The notes under the pieces were generated by a model. The model was not told the origin of the DNA and searched no databases. It was given only the letters and a program-made list of their open reading frames with translations. Shown one piece after another: positions 61,619-64,000 of a stretch of DNA of 64,000 bases (the first letter of the stretch is position 1; every line of letters begins with the position of its first letter). The DNA comes from Terriglobales bacterium (GTDB taxonomy: Bacteria; Acidobacteriota; Terriglobia; Terriglobales; SCQP01), in contig JBOGKQ010000001.1 in the NCBI GenBank assembly GCA_050747905.1, positions 122,661-186,660 of the forward strand, given 5' to 3'. Both the position numbers and the translations under genes were made by a program.

Positions 61619-62913
61619 GATTCGGCCACCATCGTCCGGGACGCAAGCGTGCGTCCGCGCCAGCTCTGCCAGGCAAGAAGCATATACAGAGGTGCGTACT
61701 CCACCGCGACCCAAGCGTGCCGGGAGCCAATGGCATAGGCCCAGATGACGGCGACGGAAAAATACAACCACGCGGGCTCCGGATAGAGCGCAACCAGCGG
61801 CAGGAGCCAGAGCAGGTACCAGGGCTGAACCCAAGGCAGGACCAGCAACACGGTGCCGAGAATGACCGTGGCCGCGCGCAGCGGCGGCAGGCGGCGCACG
61901 GCGGCGAGCACGACAACCGCGGCGGTGAGGATCCACGCCAGAATCGCTCCCGCGTGCGTTCCGAACCAGGCGCGGGCGAGCGCGTACAGGCTGGCGTTGA
62001 ACGGCGGCGCGGCTGCGGCGGCGCGGAGATTGAGCACGATGTCGCCCAGAACGAAGCGCTGGGTGGCGAACCAGAACGGCAGCGAGAGCACGACGGCAGT
62101 GGCAATCGCCCAGCGCAGCGCCCGCACCCAGTGCTTGCCGGAAGCCACCAGAACCTGGGGCACGAGGACGAAGGCGTACCAAAGGCTAAGCGCCGAGGCG
62201 GCGATCGCCACGCCTGCCGTGCGGGCACGCTCACCGGCCCAGTGCAACGCCACCAGCGCCAGCAGGGCCGCGACCGGCTCCATATGGCCGTTGCCGGCGA
62301 CTTCGAACACCGCCAACGGCGACCATCCGTAGATCAGCGCCCATTCCGGCGGGAGCTGGCGATCGCGCAGCATCCGCATCAGCAGCAGCACAAGCAGCAG
62401 GTCGGCGGCGACGAAAAGGATCTTTTCGCTGCGTAGGTTGGGGAACCAATTGAAGTTCCAATGGAGGAGGATTTCGGCCAGGGGAGGGTGCGTTGCGGCA
62501 CGTGTGGGGCTGGGGACGAGGGCGTCGGCGAGCGTGCGGATGGGGTTGAACAGACCATTGGCGGGGGCGTAGACGTACGGGTTGAAGCCGGCGTGCTCGA
62601 TTTTGCCATCCCAATGGAACCGCCAAAGCTGGTGGGAAACAGCGGGCTGGAGCGGCAGCAGGGTGAGGCGAAAGATTGCGGCAGCGACGAAAATCAGCAC
62701 CCGGGAACGGCGGCCACGCAGCGGGGCCCGCCGCGTACGCACGATTATGCCCACGGCGATCAGGTAGAATATACCTGCAACGGAAAGCCAAAGCAGCAGC
62801 TGCGGCAGCCCCGGCTGCCGCGCCAGCACCCCGGCAAAGACAGCCTCCAGCAGGAAGGCAAGCGCAATGAGCGCCGGCACGCGCAATCGAATGGCGAAGT
62901 TCCCCACGGGCAT
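61615..62913 (-). CDS. Polytopic GT-C-fold-like membrane glycosyltransferase (DUF2029/GT87-like)
   Basis: 432 aa with about 10-11 TM helices and an early loop carrying HPPLAE (a YPPL-type motif in polyprenyl-phosphate-sugar-dependent transferases). The assignment is by architecture only. Confidence 0.5.
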   Translation of the reverse strand: MPVGNFAIRLRVPALIALAFLLEAVFAGVLARQPGLPQLLLWLSVAGIFYLIAVGIIVRTRRAPLRGRRSRVLIFVAAAIFRLTLLPLQPAVSHQLWRFHWDGKIEHAGFNPYVYAPANGLFNPIRTLADALVPSPTRAATHPPLAEILLHWNFNWFPNLRSEKILFVAADLLLVLLLMRMLRDRQLPPEWALIYGWSPLAVFEVAGNGHMEPVAALLALVALHWAGERARTAGVAIAASALSLWYAFVLVPQVLVASGKHWVRALRWAIATAVVLSLPFWFATQRFVLGDIVLNLRAAAAAPPFNASLYALARAWFGTHAGAILAWILTAAVVVLAAVRRLPPLRAATVILGTVLLVLPWVQPWYLLWLLPLVALYPEPAWLYFSVAVIWAYAIGSRHAWVAVEYAPLYMLLAWQSWRGRTLASRTMVAES

Positions 62914-63073
62914 ACCTAGGCTAGCATTAGCGCCGCTTTTCCTCGCGGCTGCGTGGCAGACGGGGGCGCCCAGCGCAAGCGGGCTGCTGCACTATATTCA
63001 CACCCAGTTGCTCAACCGGACGTTTACGGTGGGTCCGGCCAATTTGCCGCTCTACCAGCCCAATGGCTTCGAT

Positions 63074-64000
63074 ATGGCGCTGTTGATCCCCTATTTCGTG
63101 GTGCTGGGGATTTTAGCGCTGTACGGCTTTCACCGCTATTCGCTGGTGTTTCTGTACTATCGGCACCGCAAGCGGGAGGCGCGCGCGCCCGCGCAGCGGT
63201 TCACCGAGCTGCCCATAGTGACGGTGCAGCTGCCAATTTACAACGAGCAGTTTGTCGTGGATCGGCTGGTGGAGACGATCGGAAAGCTGGATTACCCGCG
63301 CGACCGGCTCGAAATTCAACTCTTGGACGATTCCACCGACGAGACGCGGGCGGTGGCGCAGGCGGCGGTGGCACGGGCACAGGCGCAGGGCACGCCCATC
63401 ACCTATATCCACCGCACCAACCGCGACGGCTTCAAGGCGGGCGCGCTCGACGCCGGCATGAACCTCGCGCGGGGCGAGCTGATCGCGATTTTCGACGCGG
63501 ACTTCGTGCCGCCAGCGGATTTTTTGCGGCAGACGGTGGACTACTTTACCGATCCCAAGCTGGGCATGGTGCAGACGCGCTGGGGATATATTAATCGCGA
63601 CTACTCATGGCTGACGCGGGTGGAGGCGATCCTGCTCGACGGACACTTCGTGATGGAGCACGGCGGGCGGCACCGCGCCAACTTGTATTTCAACTTCAAC
63701 GGTACGGCGGGAGTGTGGCGGCGGCGGGCCATCGAGGAAGCTGGCGGGTGGGAGCATGACACGCTCACCGAAGACACCGATCTGAGCTACCGGGCGCAGC
63801 TCGCGGGCTGGCAGTTCACCTACCTGCCGCAGGTGGTGTGCCCGTCGGAGCTGCCGGTGGACATGAACGCGTTCAAGGTGCAACAGGCACGCTGGGCGAA
63901 GGGGCTGATCCAGGTCTCGAAAAAGATTCTGCCGCGGCTGCTGCGCCGCAAGGATGTGGACGCACACCACAAGGTTGAGGCCTGGTGCCACCTCACCAAC
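63074..64000 (+). CDS. Family 2 processive beta-glycosyltransferase (cellulose-synthase-like / CslA-like), 3'-truncated by the window edge
   Basis: Not in the ORF track because it is open-ended. Own translation in the frame of ATG 63074: MALLIPYFVVLGILALYGF...VTVQLPIYNE...LLDDSTD...IFDADF...TEDTDLS...QQARWAKG (D, DxD, TED, QxxRW). The frame stays open to 64000. Confidence 0.8.
   Translation, partial: MALLIPYFVVLGILALYGFHRYSLVFLYYRHRKREARAPAQRFTELPIVTVQLPIYNEQFVVDRLVETIGKLDYPRDRLEIQLLDDSTDETRAVAQAAVARAQAQGTPITYIHRTNRDGFKAGALDAGMNLARGELIAIFDADFVPPADFLRQTVDYFTDPKLGMVQTRWGYINRDYSWLTRVEAILLDGHFVMEHGGRHRANLYFNFNGTAGVWRRRAIEEAGGWEHDTLTEDTDLSYRAQLAGWQFTYLPQVVCPSELPVDMNAFKVQQARWAKGLIQVSKKILPRLLRRKDVDAHHKVEAWCHLTN

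Noticed and set aside
62953-63594. 213-aa + strand ORF listed in the track
   Set aside because: It is in a different frame from the motif-rich GT2 reading frame covering the same DNA, and its sequence is Arg/Gly/Ala-rich with no motifs.

Overview
High-GC (roughly two-thirds G+C by eye), gene-dense chromosomal segment with about 58 supportable protein-coding genes, many translationally coupled through 4-11 nt overlaps. I found no rRNA, tRNA, CRISPR array, transposase or integrase. Several features (a TonB-dependent-receptor-like outer-membrane protein with a carboxypeptidase-regulatory-like N-domain, an orphan FtsX/MacB-type permease, many long antisense shadow ORFs) suggest an Acidobacteriota-like organism; this is inference only. 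Most of the content is housekeeping: ligA, dnaB, rpmE, glmM, accBC, trxB, thiE, maf and mazG, plus transporters, one two-component system and two PP2C/SpoIIE phosphatases. The most unusual locus is an eight-ORF System I cytochrome c maturation cluster (10163-17196). Its gene order is permuted (ccmF-H-x-x-E-AB-C-D), and CcmE carries Cys where the heme-binding His normally sits (AKCASKY). ccmA and ccmB form a single continuous reading frame, CcmH has a CxCxC...C...C cysteine cluster, and two extra ORFs share a cytoplasmic tail motif. Secondary observations: a ~50 nt intergenic element present twice (4413-4467 and 10066-10120); a patatin-like lipase whose Ser and Asp are separated by a ~500-aa polytopic insertion; a 371-nt convergent intergenic region full of mutually exclusive GC helices; a candidate 52-aa basic ORF absent from the ORF track; and an open-ended processive GT2 gene at the 3' edge, also absent from the track. 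Start codons were refined by eye from the six-frame track, which includes alternative starts, and remain uncertain for several genes. All homology calls rest on recognised motifs, not on database searches.
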